This document shows positions 37,041 through 49,958 of a stretch of DNA of 64,000 bases, one piece after another. This stretch comes from Lingula anatina. Lineage: Eukaryota; Animalia; Brachiopoda. The stretch lies in the NCBI GenBank assembly GCA_051362555.1, contig CM120648.1, forward strand, positions 535,721 to 599,720, read 5' to 3'. The translations under genes were made by a program, and so were the position numbers. The stretch's first letter is position 1. Each line of letters opens with the position of its first letter. The notes below the pieces were generated by a model, which worked only from the letters and a program-made list of their open reading frames with translations, had not been told where the DNA came from and did not search any database.

Positions 37041-39565
37041 AGAAATAAATAACTGAAGGGGAAAGCTTAACCATTTGCTTTTACCTCTTCTCGTCACGCT
37101 GGCCCCGCCAGTATCTTTTATTTGGTGACCTACATGTACAACAACAACAACACGTTTCAAGCTAACTGTCATGTTTGCCAAAATACTGCCACTTTTACAA
37201 AATTCACTTCTAGTTGGTTAAGTTTGATAAACACAAAACATGTGACACAACATGAGCAATAAATGATAGGTCTATTGCCCGTTTAACATTGGGCAGTCGA
37301 TACAGTACTGAAATAAATGCCATTACACGAGCCAAGGAAGATAACTGTGTTAAGATTACGAAAGAGCGTTGTCTTTAACAAGAATATTGCAAAAAACAAC
37401 CGCAGGCGCTGTGTTGATTCATTCAAAGTGTTTGAGGGTTGCCGAAAACAACCCAGGTCACGAATGAGCTTCTAAAGGAAATGAGTAACACGTTTACTTC
37501 CGACCGATCAGCTGGTTTAATATTTGCTTGTTAGCCCTACACTAAGAAAATATCAGAGAGGACATTTTTCTTAAATTAATGACCTATTTACCTCTTATTT
37601 CATCGTGCATAGAGAATGGTCCAGTGGAACTTGATAAATATCATTTTCACTATCAATAACGAAGACTGTAACTTTTAGATAAAATAATTTATGAGGTACC
37701 TGAATACAAAAAGTAAATTAAAATACCGCTCGTCATAATTATATCCACAGACGCTACATAATATCTAGCGGTAAAGCTATTAATTGATTTAATTCCTTCA
37801 CAATCATAATTCGTTCCAGAAATTTTGACAGCAATGGTCGCATCAGGTTTGTTGTCAAAACCGTCATTCCAAAAAGCAATGTTGATAGGAAAAGGTATTA
37901 TGAGTCTAAGACGACAGAACAAATAGAGCAATATAGCATGCGTTTGGCTCTCAAATTGTCCACCGCACTGGATAATCACTTTGTATTATTATTATTATTA
38001 TTATTAATCATTTTTAATGGAAAAATGTCGATGAAGTGAGCCGTACTTAGTCAACCAAAGAATGGAAGGGTATGCTCGGCAGGTCGGCGTTCAGAGTTGT
38101 TTAAGAGGGAACATGCGACTTGCTTCTTGAGGCTGATCCAATTGTCTGCTGACATTTGAGAAAGTAAGCGTGTCTGGCGAAACTAAATGAAACCGCGTGA
38201 AAATATTTATAAAACGTTTCTTTTATTGATCATTCGCTACCGCTATACATTGAGGTCTACCTGAACTTAAGGAAGTTGCCGTCTACACATATAACAGAAT
38301 CCATCATATACATTCCAATAGTAATCTTTGGAACACGTCCTTTTATCGGTCTTAAAAATCTACACACACAGCAAACCTTGTACTTCCGGTTGTATGGCGT
38401 GTGGTCCAGTGGAGTCAATTAGCGTCTCTGTCTAGCTCTTATCCTCTGCTGTGAGTGCTTCCATCAAGTAACAGTTACTGCCTTTAGACCCATTGCCATA
38501 AACTCTGCTAAACTCACTTAGTATGGAACTGAACATCATAATACTGAAACACGTCATACTTAGCATATGCCAAAGAGAAGATTGGTATTAAACCATAGGT
38601 GATACTAATATATTTGACCCTCTATGGCATGCAGAGTTGTGACTTATAATATCAAAATCTGGAACGTCTTTCCAATAATTTTTTAACTCCAATCCAACAT
38701 CCTGTCACTGACCCATAAATGCAATTCTGGTAAACTTGACTTCTATGATTCAATAAGTTAGAAATAAAATTGCAATGCTTAATTTTTTTTTCATAATAAA
38801 ACACGCACCATGATTCACCGATTGAGGGTTGCATTGCCGCTCAAAGCATCGTGTAGCTCTACAAATTAACGCACGGTAGCATCACCCCAGGTAGGTTTCA
38901 TAAACAACCTCAGCCCAAACACCGGTCTAAACATTTCAGTATTTAGTCAATTACATTTCTAGATTACCATAGTTGTCTAAACATATTAAATACGTATTGG
39001 TCTAAAACGCAAGCAACCGCTTTTCTTGTTTTAGAACAGGTATGATATCTTATTAGATTAGACTACTACTGAATTATGTTGAGCCAAACTAGACGCAATG
39101 TAGTCTAAAATGTTTTTCGGGCGAAAGTGTTTGTGAGACAGGCCCCCGTATGGTATCTTTTAAACGGCGTTTTCACTGCAGCAGTGGATACATTCAGCAT
39201 TGTGAATTGTCGAATTGATTTGAGAGGGACAGTTAAATCTTCCATCCTGAATATCAGGTTTGTAATTACATGTTGCCTTTTGAGTCTTTTAAGTCATAAC
39301 TTTCAGATATGAGCATAAGATTCATATGAATAATTCGTACATTTTTCCTATTTTTCCCGGCTTCTTGGTAGATATTTTACAAAAAAATAACCAAACGTTT
39401 CATGAACTTGATAAAAATGATATTCTGTAAAAATATCGCAATAAAAGATTTGAGTAAAATTATCAAACACACGACAATACGAACAACAACCGGTTAACAC
39501 ATACATCTAAATAACCTATTATCTAACTCCTCAGCAGACGCCTGTGATATTACCGCCACCTTCAT

Positions 39566-40646
39566 TCACTGTTTTCCCGCCAAACGCTGCATGACGTCAT
39601 CAGCCGCTCTCCTCCTCCTCAGCTGTCTGGCCACCTTGGTATTGTAAGTACCGAAGTATCTATGGAGATACAGCAGGTACTTGTAGTAGGTGGGAGGATT
39701 AATGGCCCCTGGGGTCTGGTAGTTGGGGGCGGGGGCCATGTTGGGAGAGAAGGGAGGATAGCGACGTTCGTTGCTGTAAGCCATGGCGAAGACGTCGTTG
39801 TGGGGGGCCTTGTAGAACTGGTTCTGGCGGCTAGGCCATGGGGCCACGATGCGCTTGGAGAGGCCACATCCACAGGTTGTGCAGTCACACTGGATACTGC
39901 AAGGGAAATATATCATATGATAGAATGGGAATAAAAGGCCCTAGAATATATATTTATGTGACGACCTTTTATACTTTTGTATACATGTTGTCGAAGAAAT
40001 GTGCCTTTACGAATATTAAAAAGTAAAGCCAAAAATTCACTTAGTTGTTTGGGCGTGAATGGCACAAAAAGCTGTAAAATTGAGGATGTTTCAATATATA
40101 TTTCACAAGTGTTTCTTGGGTATCACGGTTGATAAAAAGAATAGTACATAAAGCAACAATCCTTATTGGCAAGTTATTCAAGCAGTTGTTTTAGGGACAA
40201 CGTTAGAATAATAATGTTTTCTAATAGAAAGTTAAAACCATTATTTTGGAGTGGTAATGACTATGATTTTAAACTGTGTTTTGAATGAAACCAGTCAAAC
40301 ATTTTAACAAATGTACATGTATGCCTTACCTTGTTACATGTTAACTATCCAAAAAAGTAATCAATTTACAAGATACATCCCTCATATACTTAGCGCCAGG
40401 AAAGGTAAGGGACTATTTTCGTTGCTTTTTCTATTACAAAAACTATTCATAAACACAATTTAAAAATACTTACCCTTTACAGTGGTACTCAGATGGGCAC
40501 ACGGAGAAGTAGGGGGCGTACTTTGGACAGAAGCATTTCAGCCAGCGTATCGTGACGCCCTCTTCTTTACTGCTTTGAGCATCAAGTCTTTCCACCGCCA
40601 GGAGGAGAACTACAAGACAGCCCCAACTCAGCATTCCCTTGGCCAT
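39566..40646 (-). CDS. Secreted Cys-rich peptide family, member D (2 coding exons)
   Basis: Exons 40646-40474 and 39896-39566 give MAKGMLSWGCLVVLLLAVERLDA-QSSKEEGVTIRWLKCFCPKYAPYFSVCPSEYHCKG/IQCDCTTCGCGLSKRIVAPWPSRQNQFYKAP...PPTYYKYLLYLHRYFGTYNTKVARQLRRRRAADDVMQRLAGKQ*. Donor GG|GTAAGT, acceptor CCCTTGCAG. Confidence 0.87.
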
Positions 40647-43057
40647 TTTGTTTTCACTGTTTAGAATAAAAAAATAATAATCTAAACGTTAAATTTCATT
40701 GGCACATTTTGTAAACACGCAATTTTTAAAAATCCTTTAAACTTCCATGATTTTAGGTTTTGACATCCATATTCCATATTCAGTTACAAAGTTTCTAATC
40801 TTTGAGGAAGTTTCATTGAATAATTCATCAGTAATTAGGATTCTCCTGGTCAAGGCTCGTTACAGTCGTCAAAATTTGTTAATGCTATAAAATGTCCAAA
40901 TGTTATATACTTGTACACATCGCGTGAGAATATGTTCCTTCACCACAAAGAAATCTGGGAATGGTTTGTATAACGTTAATAAGAAGGGAAAGCAGAGTGA
41001 TGTAAGACCCTCGGCCACTGGGGAGTAAGAAAACCGTATCACACTCAGTCCTGGAGATTCTTATTTTGAAAAATGCTGTAACATCCTTTGCTGAGATACT
41101 TAATTGTTGTTTCAATTTCCAAACTATATATCACTTTGTAGATTTGAGGCATTTTCAAGTTTGTTTTAAATAAAAGGGATATTTGAAAAAATCTACATTG
41201 CCCTGTTTCTATTTATCCAGGCGATCGAACAATATGGGCTATAGTCGGAGTCCCCTGTCGCGAGACATAATGGGTAGAAATTCCAAGCTATGTGAAGGTA
41301 CTACAAGAACATTCCTTTGGCATCGGGTCGTAAATTACTACCTCACTGCCGCTACTAGTTTCAGAACATAAAACTTTGCACTGCGCAGCTGTAAAACGTA
41401 ATTCTATCAAAGACCTCTGCGAATAATCACACCCTAGACTCGTGAATTATCTATAAGTCAAAGACGGTGATCACAGCCACGCGAACTGAGAGATTCTTCT
41501 GATTCTTAACGTTGCGATGATTTGGAAATCAAACATAGATATCCTGCATCTGTTACAAGTTAGAAGTAAAACAGTGTTATCATGAACTCTTATACCTGTT
41601 AGAACAGAAGAAGTTTTTAATCACACCTCAGTAAAGCACGTTAATATTAGTCGGCATGATGGTCACGTATTGTTTCCTGGCTGTGCTTTCTTTGTTACTG
41701 CCACGCCCCAAATAATCTCGAAGTTGATTTAAAACTTAATTTTTTTATGGGGTTGGTATTAACAAAATGTCTGTTACACCCAAACCTCAAGTATTTTGTT
41801 TTAGTCACTTTGCAACTTTGACCAACCATGATTTTGCTTTTCGTATTCTAAATAGGCCATCGGCTAAAGGCAAATGGAAAAATCGTCTAACCTGAACAAA
41901 TAACATGTCTCTACCGATTATACCATTATTGGTGCTTCTGACTGGATACTTAGGTAATATTTATGATATTGCTTTATCAGTTACAAACGTCTTCTTAGAA
42001 TCACTCCACAGATTTTCGGATATATATTGCATGCATGTTAACCATTGATAAAAATGTGTACTTTGTAAAATGTGATGCATGTACTTATCTAATTAGTGCT
42101 GATGTTTCCCACAGAAAAGTTAACGCACTAAGTGTTAAAAACTAAAAGGTAAATCAAAGATTTTATTTAAAAAGAGAAACTGACATTTTGGTATTAACAC
42201 CGTCGAAGGAAACATCTGAATGCCGTTTGCGGTATTTTTATAACCTGCCTACTACTGGTTTTAATAATTCTACCATACAAACAGTTAAAAAACTAGACGA
42301 AAAAAGAGACGTTTTCTGCAAGTAGTAATACGCATATGGCAGTAAAGTAAAGCAAAGCAGATTGATATACGTGATCTTAGTAGAACGATTCATGCAACAT
42401 CTATTCGCAGTGAGCGAAACTTGAGAAATATTTAGCTGTTTTAAAATGGCATTTACGCTTTGAGAATTCATATGAACAAGTTTGCTTGAAAATAATTCTT
42501 GGTAGTCTCAAATTCAATATAATCGTGATTTTCTCATATGAGGTAGGTATCAGAATGTTTTTCCAAATGCAAAGTTTGTTAAGTTATAATGGGGGATCAT
42601 CACTGGAGCAGAGTCCTCAAGAAAAACTGAATTTGATCACACCTGCGATACTGTTACATTGATGCTGGAAGTCAACTTTGACCTGGACATAACTCCAAAG
42701 TCCAAAATCATAATTAGTTATCGAATCTTGATTATCTTTTTATAAAATTATTCTTGCCTGACAATTGCTGTTATTATTCCCCGAACTTGGTCTCAAAGTG
42801 CTTAATTTTCAGTTATGAAATATAAAGGTTCTAAAAATAGCTTATTAAAATCGCGAAATGGCATCAATAATAAAATTGCTTTACTTTGATGCTGGGCCTC
42901 GTCCCTTGTCAACAGCAAATTATCCACTTTTCAATTCAAACTATAACTTTGACATTACAAAATATTGTTTTACTTTTTGTGCGATTTTGCAATAATTCGC
43001 CGGCCTCATGACGACACCTACCATTACAAACATTGATACAAAAACAAAGGAATTTAC

Positions 43058-43158
43058 CTACTAACCTTAACGCTCCAAGAGAATATTTGCGCGTCCTTTT
43101 TATCCCAACCGGCTTGGCTAAAGTTTGTGACGGGTAACACGATGAGCGATCTTATATA
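43058..43158 (-). promoter_or_regulatory. Candidate TATA promoter and non-coding exon 1 of member D
   Basis: Minus-strand TATATAAG from 43158, with donors AAG|GTTAGT (43066/5) or TAG|GTAAAT (43058/7). Member D's ATG exon starts after an acceptor (AAACAG|TGAAAACAAAATG). Confidence 0.4.
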
Positions 43159-45273
43159 CCCACGAGAGGACAAGAGGAATAATTCCAATATCATTCACAC
43201 CAAATTAACAGTAATCTTATTTTCGACCGATATCGCTTCCCGATTACGCGACAATCGCTTGAAAGAAGTCATCTTCACAAAACTCTTCGAAAAACTCATT
43301 TGGTCAGTAAGTGCCCCGCAGCTGGGTAATCAGTGCTCAATATTACGTATGCCCGGTCAGGTCCTCTTTGGTTACACCGTAGACCCCCGCTGAGTATGGG
43401 CGTTTCGGGCGGTTTATTGGGCAGCAATGGAATTACTTTATCGCTGCGTTCGCGCTCTCCCGTGCAGTTGGAGGTGTTTTTCTTCTAAACTCGACCCAGG
43501 CCCAAGCGGATGAGTAAGGAGGCGAATCCCCTTGGGAGGAGACAGACCCGCCTCACGTGGAACAGGTGCGCTCACTCTCGGAACCCTTCAGACCGAATCT
43601 GAGAAGATCTAAATAACAGTGTCGGGTAAAAAATTGATAATTTCAGTGAGCTGCCATTGACCTTGATTGACTTGTTGAAATCAGTTTCGAATACTTTTCT
43701 AGCCTGAAAATAGGAGTTCAAAGAGTTGGTTGTAATCAGCACCACTAAACACGGGCTCATTTCATTGAAGTAAACCTTAGGTGAACAAGCCTCAAAACGC
43801 AACTATGGAACAATTGAGAGCAATTTCATTCTAAATGTTATTTGAAGGGCGTGCTTTGCTTCCTGATGAATCAAACTAACTGAGCAGTTAAAACATGACA
43901 TTTGTAAATTTGTTTACAAAAAATTACTTTTGAGATTTGATTGTTACAATTGACCCGCCTTCTTTTGCTGTCAAGCAGTGACCGATTTCTACGCTAAGAT
44001 ATTGAATTTCAGCCCTTGCAAAAGAGAGAGGAGGTGATGAAAAGTGAGGGACATTGCGTATATTTATGTGTATGAGGACGAGAATAATAAATAGAGGCAC
44101 GTCAACCTTACAACCTCCTCTGCTTTCTCATAATTCCAGAAGAAACAGCAGTGGCAGGCACCATGTAGTCAACAGACACGCCCAACACTCGGTCCAAACA
44201 GTTCTGCACGTAAAAGATGACTAAACAATTGAAAATAACCACAACTAAATTGAAGTTTATTAGGACATAATGACATAACCTTCTTGTTGTTCTAATGTAT
44301 CATTACCAACGCCCAAAACTGATTCCATCTCATACCCTGTTTGCAGTTTTAACAGGCAACACGAGACTATAAACTTTCAATGTTACTGAGAATTTTTAAG
44401 GAGGTTTATCTAATTAGTGGTTTTAAATTTTGATTTTAATTCACATTTTTTATGGTTGCTTTTTTGTGGTCTATTAGGTTTATAGCTTTAACATAGTCCT
44501 TACTAATATGCGCTTATTTTAAGTATTCTTAATAAAAATTGATTTCTAGTTACATTCTTCTTCTTTTTCTCCTTTTTATCTTCGTCTTATCTTTGGCATA
44601 TCTTCAAAGCGCGAGACAAATGCTACTACATTTCAGTGTTTCATTCAGATATGATAGCATAGCATGTTTTCACACACAAGCACGCACACACACGCACACA
44701 CACGCGCGCTCACATACACTTACATCTACACTTTAATACATATAAATATCAACAGTTTCACTGGCATCTGCTCTTTGACCTCATTTTTTCTTAAATTCGT
44801 ATCTGTAAGTACGTCCAGAGAACGATCAACTTCTTAAAGCAGTTAAAATCATCTTACAGCAATAAAGTCTACTATCTTTCTGCTGCTCTTTTCAAAGTCA
44901 AGACACGTGTAAAGCAAGAACGCTGCGGTAGAGAAAAAACACACTTAATTGGTGATAAGTTGTGGGTCAGACGCCGTTAATGGGACGCTATCCGTGTGCT
45001 GATGTCTACAAGTTTATTTAAGCAGAGCATTAGTATCATCTCCTGACGCTGGGATTAAGAAAAAATGGTTGTAGATGTGCTTTTAAAGAAAAGCTACTTT
45101 CAACCTCGAGGATATTTTGCTGTTGAATCACTAGTTCAATTGTATTTCCTAGGTGGAGCTGCAAGATGAGCTACTGACCGAGCGCTGGCATAAGATTCCA
45201 TCTTTGCCCTACTTTTTGATGAACATTCCCCAAGTGGGGGGGTAGAATGGGGATCATTGTCAAATTTCAGACC

Positions 45274-45317
<44 letters not shown>

Positions 45318-46443
45318 AGAATTGTGTTCTAACCATTGTATTCTTATTTGCGCACACGCTGACCTAAGGGCTCACGCTTCCCGGGTGATGTGGATGAGCC
45401 GAAATCTCACTGTGTACACCGGACTAAGCTTTGGTACCAATAAAGCTATGCTATACGCAGTTAGGAATATTTCTAATATCATAACTTGTACACATACTTC
45501 TTCTGACCAACTTAATTTTCATCTCCTAGTTGTTATTGACCATTTATGTAACAGATGCCAAAACTGCCATTAATAACCGTGAGTGGGTGGGTTGGGGCGT
45601 GCCATTTTACCCACATTGCAAAATTCAATGTCGATTAAATGAACCACATTTTAAACTACTAGAATAATGGCACTAATCTTAAGTAGAAGAAAAGAATTGA
45701 ACGAGTCGTCCTGTATAAGATAATGGAAATAAAAAAATGACTAAAAGTGGCTACATTTTATTGCCTTAATGCAGAAATATCTGGCTTTCCAACGTTGAAA
45801 TACCGACTCTTTAATGGCACAAAACTATAGACAGACATTTGCTTTAAAGTCTTTCGAGCCAATAGCCCCTTTATTAGCTAAGAGTACTCTACGTGTGAAA
45901 GCAAACCTTTTTTGCCGAGGGGTATTTTGATTGTACTAAGTTCTCTCAATCTAAAAACTGTTAAAAATTTCCCCACCTATTGCTTACCATTAGAGATATA
46001 CAATAAAAACTTTGGACAAGCAAGGGTTGCCGTTTTTTCAGGATTTCTATCACACATCTGAAGCCATTTTGGTGAAGGAAATTTTCACCCTCGAGGTCAA
46101 CAGTAGATGAACGTGCAACCTGTGTGTACAGTGCAGCTGAAAGCATGTCGAGTTTTTGTTCATTTTTAAGAGGGAGGTTCTTGATTTTGATAGTTTTTAA
46201 TGCCTGTATCCTGAATGTGAAAACAGCTTTTCTATCCATGGCAACACACTCACAGACACATACCTGTAATATACAGACACGCTTTACTCAGTTGGAGAGC
46301 ATAAGTGCACACCTTTCATTCATTTTCCCATTTCTTATATTATTTGCTTTACAAGAAAGGAAAAAAAGAAGCAATTCGCATTTACGGAAGAGGTTTACTT
46401 TGCTGTTCATGTAGAATACAAATGTCAGAAAGAGTGCAACTCA

Positions 46444-46703
46444 GGGATCATTCCCGATGAAATTATCGGTCTACGTAGATCGATCCAACTCCGTGGGGAC
46501 TCTCGCTGAATGCAATCAGTTTAAGAGACTAACACGCCTCCTTTTGTTTCTAACATACACGCATAATCACCCTCTTTTCTGTATTCTACTCAACTTCGAG
46601 AAGAGTCTTGTAAACCCGCTAATCTGCTTGCATTCAACGAGAGTCGATCACCACGGAGTTGGATGGATCTACGTAGACCGATAGTGTCATTGAGAATGGT
46701 CCC
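46444..46703. mobile_element. MITE with ~75-bp imperfect TIRs (PIF/Harbinger-like)
   Basis: GGGATCATTC..ATCGGTCTACGTAGATCGATCCAACTCCGTGG pairs with CCACGGAGTTGGATGGATCTACGTAGACCGAT..GAATGGTCCC. Flanks TCA and TAA resemble a decayed 3-bp TWA TSD. Confidence 0.75.
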
Positions 46704-49112
46704 TAAGAACCAAAACAAAACACGTTGATTTTAATACAAACATGGTGAACCTTTTTCCTGCAGAAAAATTAATGAAACGGTCACTCAACTGGTCATCTAA
46801 GGTAGTGGCCAGGCAAAGCTTGGATATCATTAAGAGAAAAAATGATGACCGGAGACCATTTTTGGTGAACCCGTTGAAACATACGGGGAGCAGAGGGAAA
46901 GATCTTAAGTCGATGTGACAATTACAAGGTACCCTGGCAAGGTGGAAGGGGAGAAGACCCTCCGGGTGCGCGTGGTGTGTTGTTACAGCGTCCCCTTGAA
47001 ATAAGACATCCGTTTAACGCCAGTTATGTTATCAGATACAAAGTCCACCCTGCGTTTCCAATTTCATTGCAAACCAATATTTTGCACGTTTTTGCCAGCC
47101 TACCAAGGGGTATTCTGATAATGTATAGGCTGGGTTCCAGCAAACTGTGACATTGGGGGTGAGGAAGATACAGTAGACTTCTGAGAACTGGATAGATAGA
47201 TTGATATAGTTCATTGAGATTTTAATAGCTTGTCAATCTAGTGAACGTTTAGCACCGTTTAAAATTAAACTAACCTATCTTTTCATTTTAGGCCATATTC
47301 ATTATCATTATAGGAGCTTGACAACGGCGTTTTAGAATTTTGAGTTTTTTAGAGTTTCATTAGCTGTGTGTTTTGCACTCTTAAGTACAATAAACGATTC
47401 TTCAAACAACCGCTCATCTTGGAGTTATTATTTTAAATTAAAATTTACAGCCAGCAATGTAATTCAATGTCTCACAACACACCTTTATAAGGGAATGAGG
47501 CTAATTGAGTACCCATCTCTTCATTTTCCGGAGAGGGTGTCTCTTGATACATTGGTCATTTGGTGTGGTAATAAATAAAAAAAATTGATGATTGAAAAAT
47601 CTTTTTAACTTTGAACTTTATAAAATTTGTTTCAAATATGTGAATGGCAAAACGCAATGTCCCGCCCATGTTGTCTACGAGAAACAACTTTGTTACAAAA
47701 CTACAATGTCCCGCTGGCGTTTTTTAACAAAAAAAAATCACGTTTTTGTGCTTAAGGTAAACTACACTCTGTGATTCAACTGTTAAGAGGTTGGTCTAAA
47801 ATGATAAAGCAATTTGCCTTGCTCCGCGTCGAAAAGGTAAAGCAATAGAAGAAGACAGCTACACTACAATTTGCCGGACACAGGAGTGAAAACATTGCCG
47901 TGTACTGCCTCATTCCTCTCATTTAACAATTGTCTCAACTGCGACTAAAATCAGTGCAAAAGAAACTAATGTAAGTACCGTTAATGAGGCAGGCGACCCT
48001 CTATTAAAAACAAAACTTATCCGACTAAGATTCATAGCTGTTTTAAGCTTTGACCGACTTTCAATTTTTTTCTGTGAAACCGGTACTTGGGGTAATGGTT
48101 ACATGGGATCCTCATCCTCTTTATTACTTTCCCCGTCGTGAATTAACTTGTTACATAGTTCAACATTCCCTTCTATCCTCGGCCTCCGACAAAGAGAAAA
48201 CATGAGATTGTTTGAAATGCCCTGGTCCGTGTTTTTATCTCGGTGGGGTAACACTAATATGGGTGTCTCTCCAACTGCGTGGAAAAACATCCGAAAGAAT
48301 AGGTGTCGCCATCTATTTTGTCGATCATTAGAACTTACTCTAGCAGTCATTGTGTCGCCCCCTATCGTTCGGAAGGAAAAGAGAAAATATTTGCTGGCTT
48401 AAATAGAGGTTCGAAGCGATAAAAGAATTTAAGGTCATTAGTCTGATTTACGTTGTATTATAAGCAAATGGGTCTCGATCAGTTCAACTCGAACGCTGAA
48501 CACAAACAAAAAAAATCCCTTCTTATTGCCTTTAAAACAGTGGTCATCTTCGATAGATAACCACGCGTCTTCCACATACCGGTATGCGCGCATATGAAAA
48601 TTTACCTAAAATTATAATGTCGACCTTTCTTGGGGGGAATACACTTTATATTAACCTCAGATGTGCGAGGGTTATAATGCCTTAAAATCCGACGAATTGG
48701 CGAGGAATAGCAAATAATGTACCGAAATGTAAATTACAACTGACATGGCTCTGAAGCAAAATGGGAGGGTGCCGGGGTGGATGCAGGCTTATTTGAACGG
48801 GGGTGGGGGTGGGGGTGGGTCTTTTTTTTCTAGGAAATACAGCTCGCGGAAACCAAACTATTACTCCCTTGGCGTGGATTTACGGACCCGCTTTGGAGGG
48901 CAAACGGTGCCATTGGTTATGGATTAGTACTGTGATTCACCTTGGCACCCTTGTCACAAATACCTGTGACAACCAAGCAGTAAATGATACACCCCACTCA
49001 ACCAGTAACTAACACGGTGTAAGCACAAACACTTTCCACAGGCTACAGGGGTCGCCGTTGTATTCTCTTACAAAACTGAAGTAAAGTCTTTTCATCAGAC
49101 TAAATAGACTAA

Positions 49113-49371
49113 GGCTTCGTTCACATGCAATGTCTATTTTCTATTTTCTATTTTCTATTTTCGGTATGTCTTATGATCACGGTCTGTGCACTGAATATCC
49201 CGCGGCGTAATTACTGGCAGCGCGAGCCAGTTACTATAAGTTACTATAAGTAACTGGCTCGCGCTGCCAGTAATTACGCCGCGGGATATTCAGTGCACAG
49301 ACCGTGATCATAAGACATACCGAAAATAGAAAATAGAAAATAGAAAATAGACATTGCATGTGAACGAAGCC
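49113..49371. mobile_element. Palindromic MITE, 123-bp perfect arms and 13-nt spacer, TAA TSD (PIF/Harbinger-like)
   Basis: 49113-49235 is the exact reverse complement of 49249-49371. TAA on both sides (49110-49112, 49372-49374). Termini GGCTTCGTTCACA. Confidence 0.92.
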
Positions 49372-49902
49372 TAAATCGCCCTGTGTAGACAGAGAGTAAC
49401 AAAACACCAAGCACATTGTACCACTGACTTTATGTAACGTAAAATTAGGTCAAGAAAACTCTGCACATACTGTACGTTGAAACCTGAACTACAATAAGCT
49501 CCATCTCCAGGTAGGTTATGTCTGCATAATAAAACGTAAACGTTATTATTTTAGCGGTTAAAATAATATTTTATGATCGAGCGCTCAAAAAAATCTTTTA
49601 TGATTGACGTGATCGACCCTGGAGAAAAATCGTTCGACATGAATGGGATTGCAACAGGTGTGACATTGTATTGTTAACAAACCTCGCACAAACTGAACTT
49701 CTAGAAAGAGGAGTGCACATGTACGGAATTAGGACAACAGATTAAGAAGTTAACAAGCTGCTAGTCTTGGATGTTATGTAAAAGGTAAGTGTAAGTGCAG
49801 TGAAAATGGGCTCACATACACACACGTATTTCAATAATTGAGGGTCACTTTATTGTGCCAATCACCCGCAATGGCAGAGTCTGATATTGATTCAATTGTC
49901 CC

Positions 49903-49905
<3 letters not shown>

Positions 49906-49957
<52 letters not shown>
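49906..49957. repeat. Poly-A tract (~50 nt)
   Basis: Direct reading. Confidence 0.9.

Positions 49958-49958
<1 letters not shown>

Noticed and set aside
38395-38470. tRNA/SINE-like start (TGGTCCAGTGG, A-box-like)
   Set aside because: No convincing B box or cloverleaf, and no second copy in the window.
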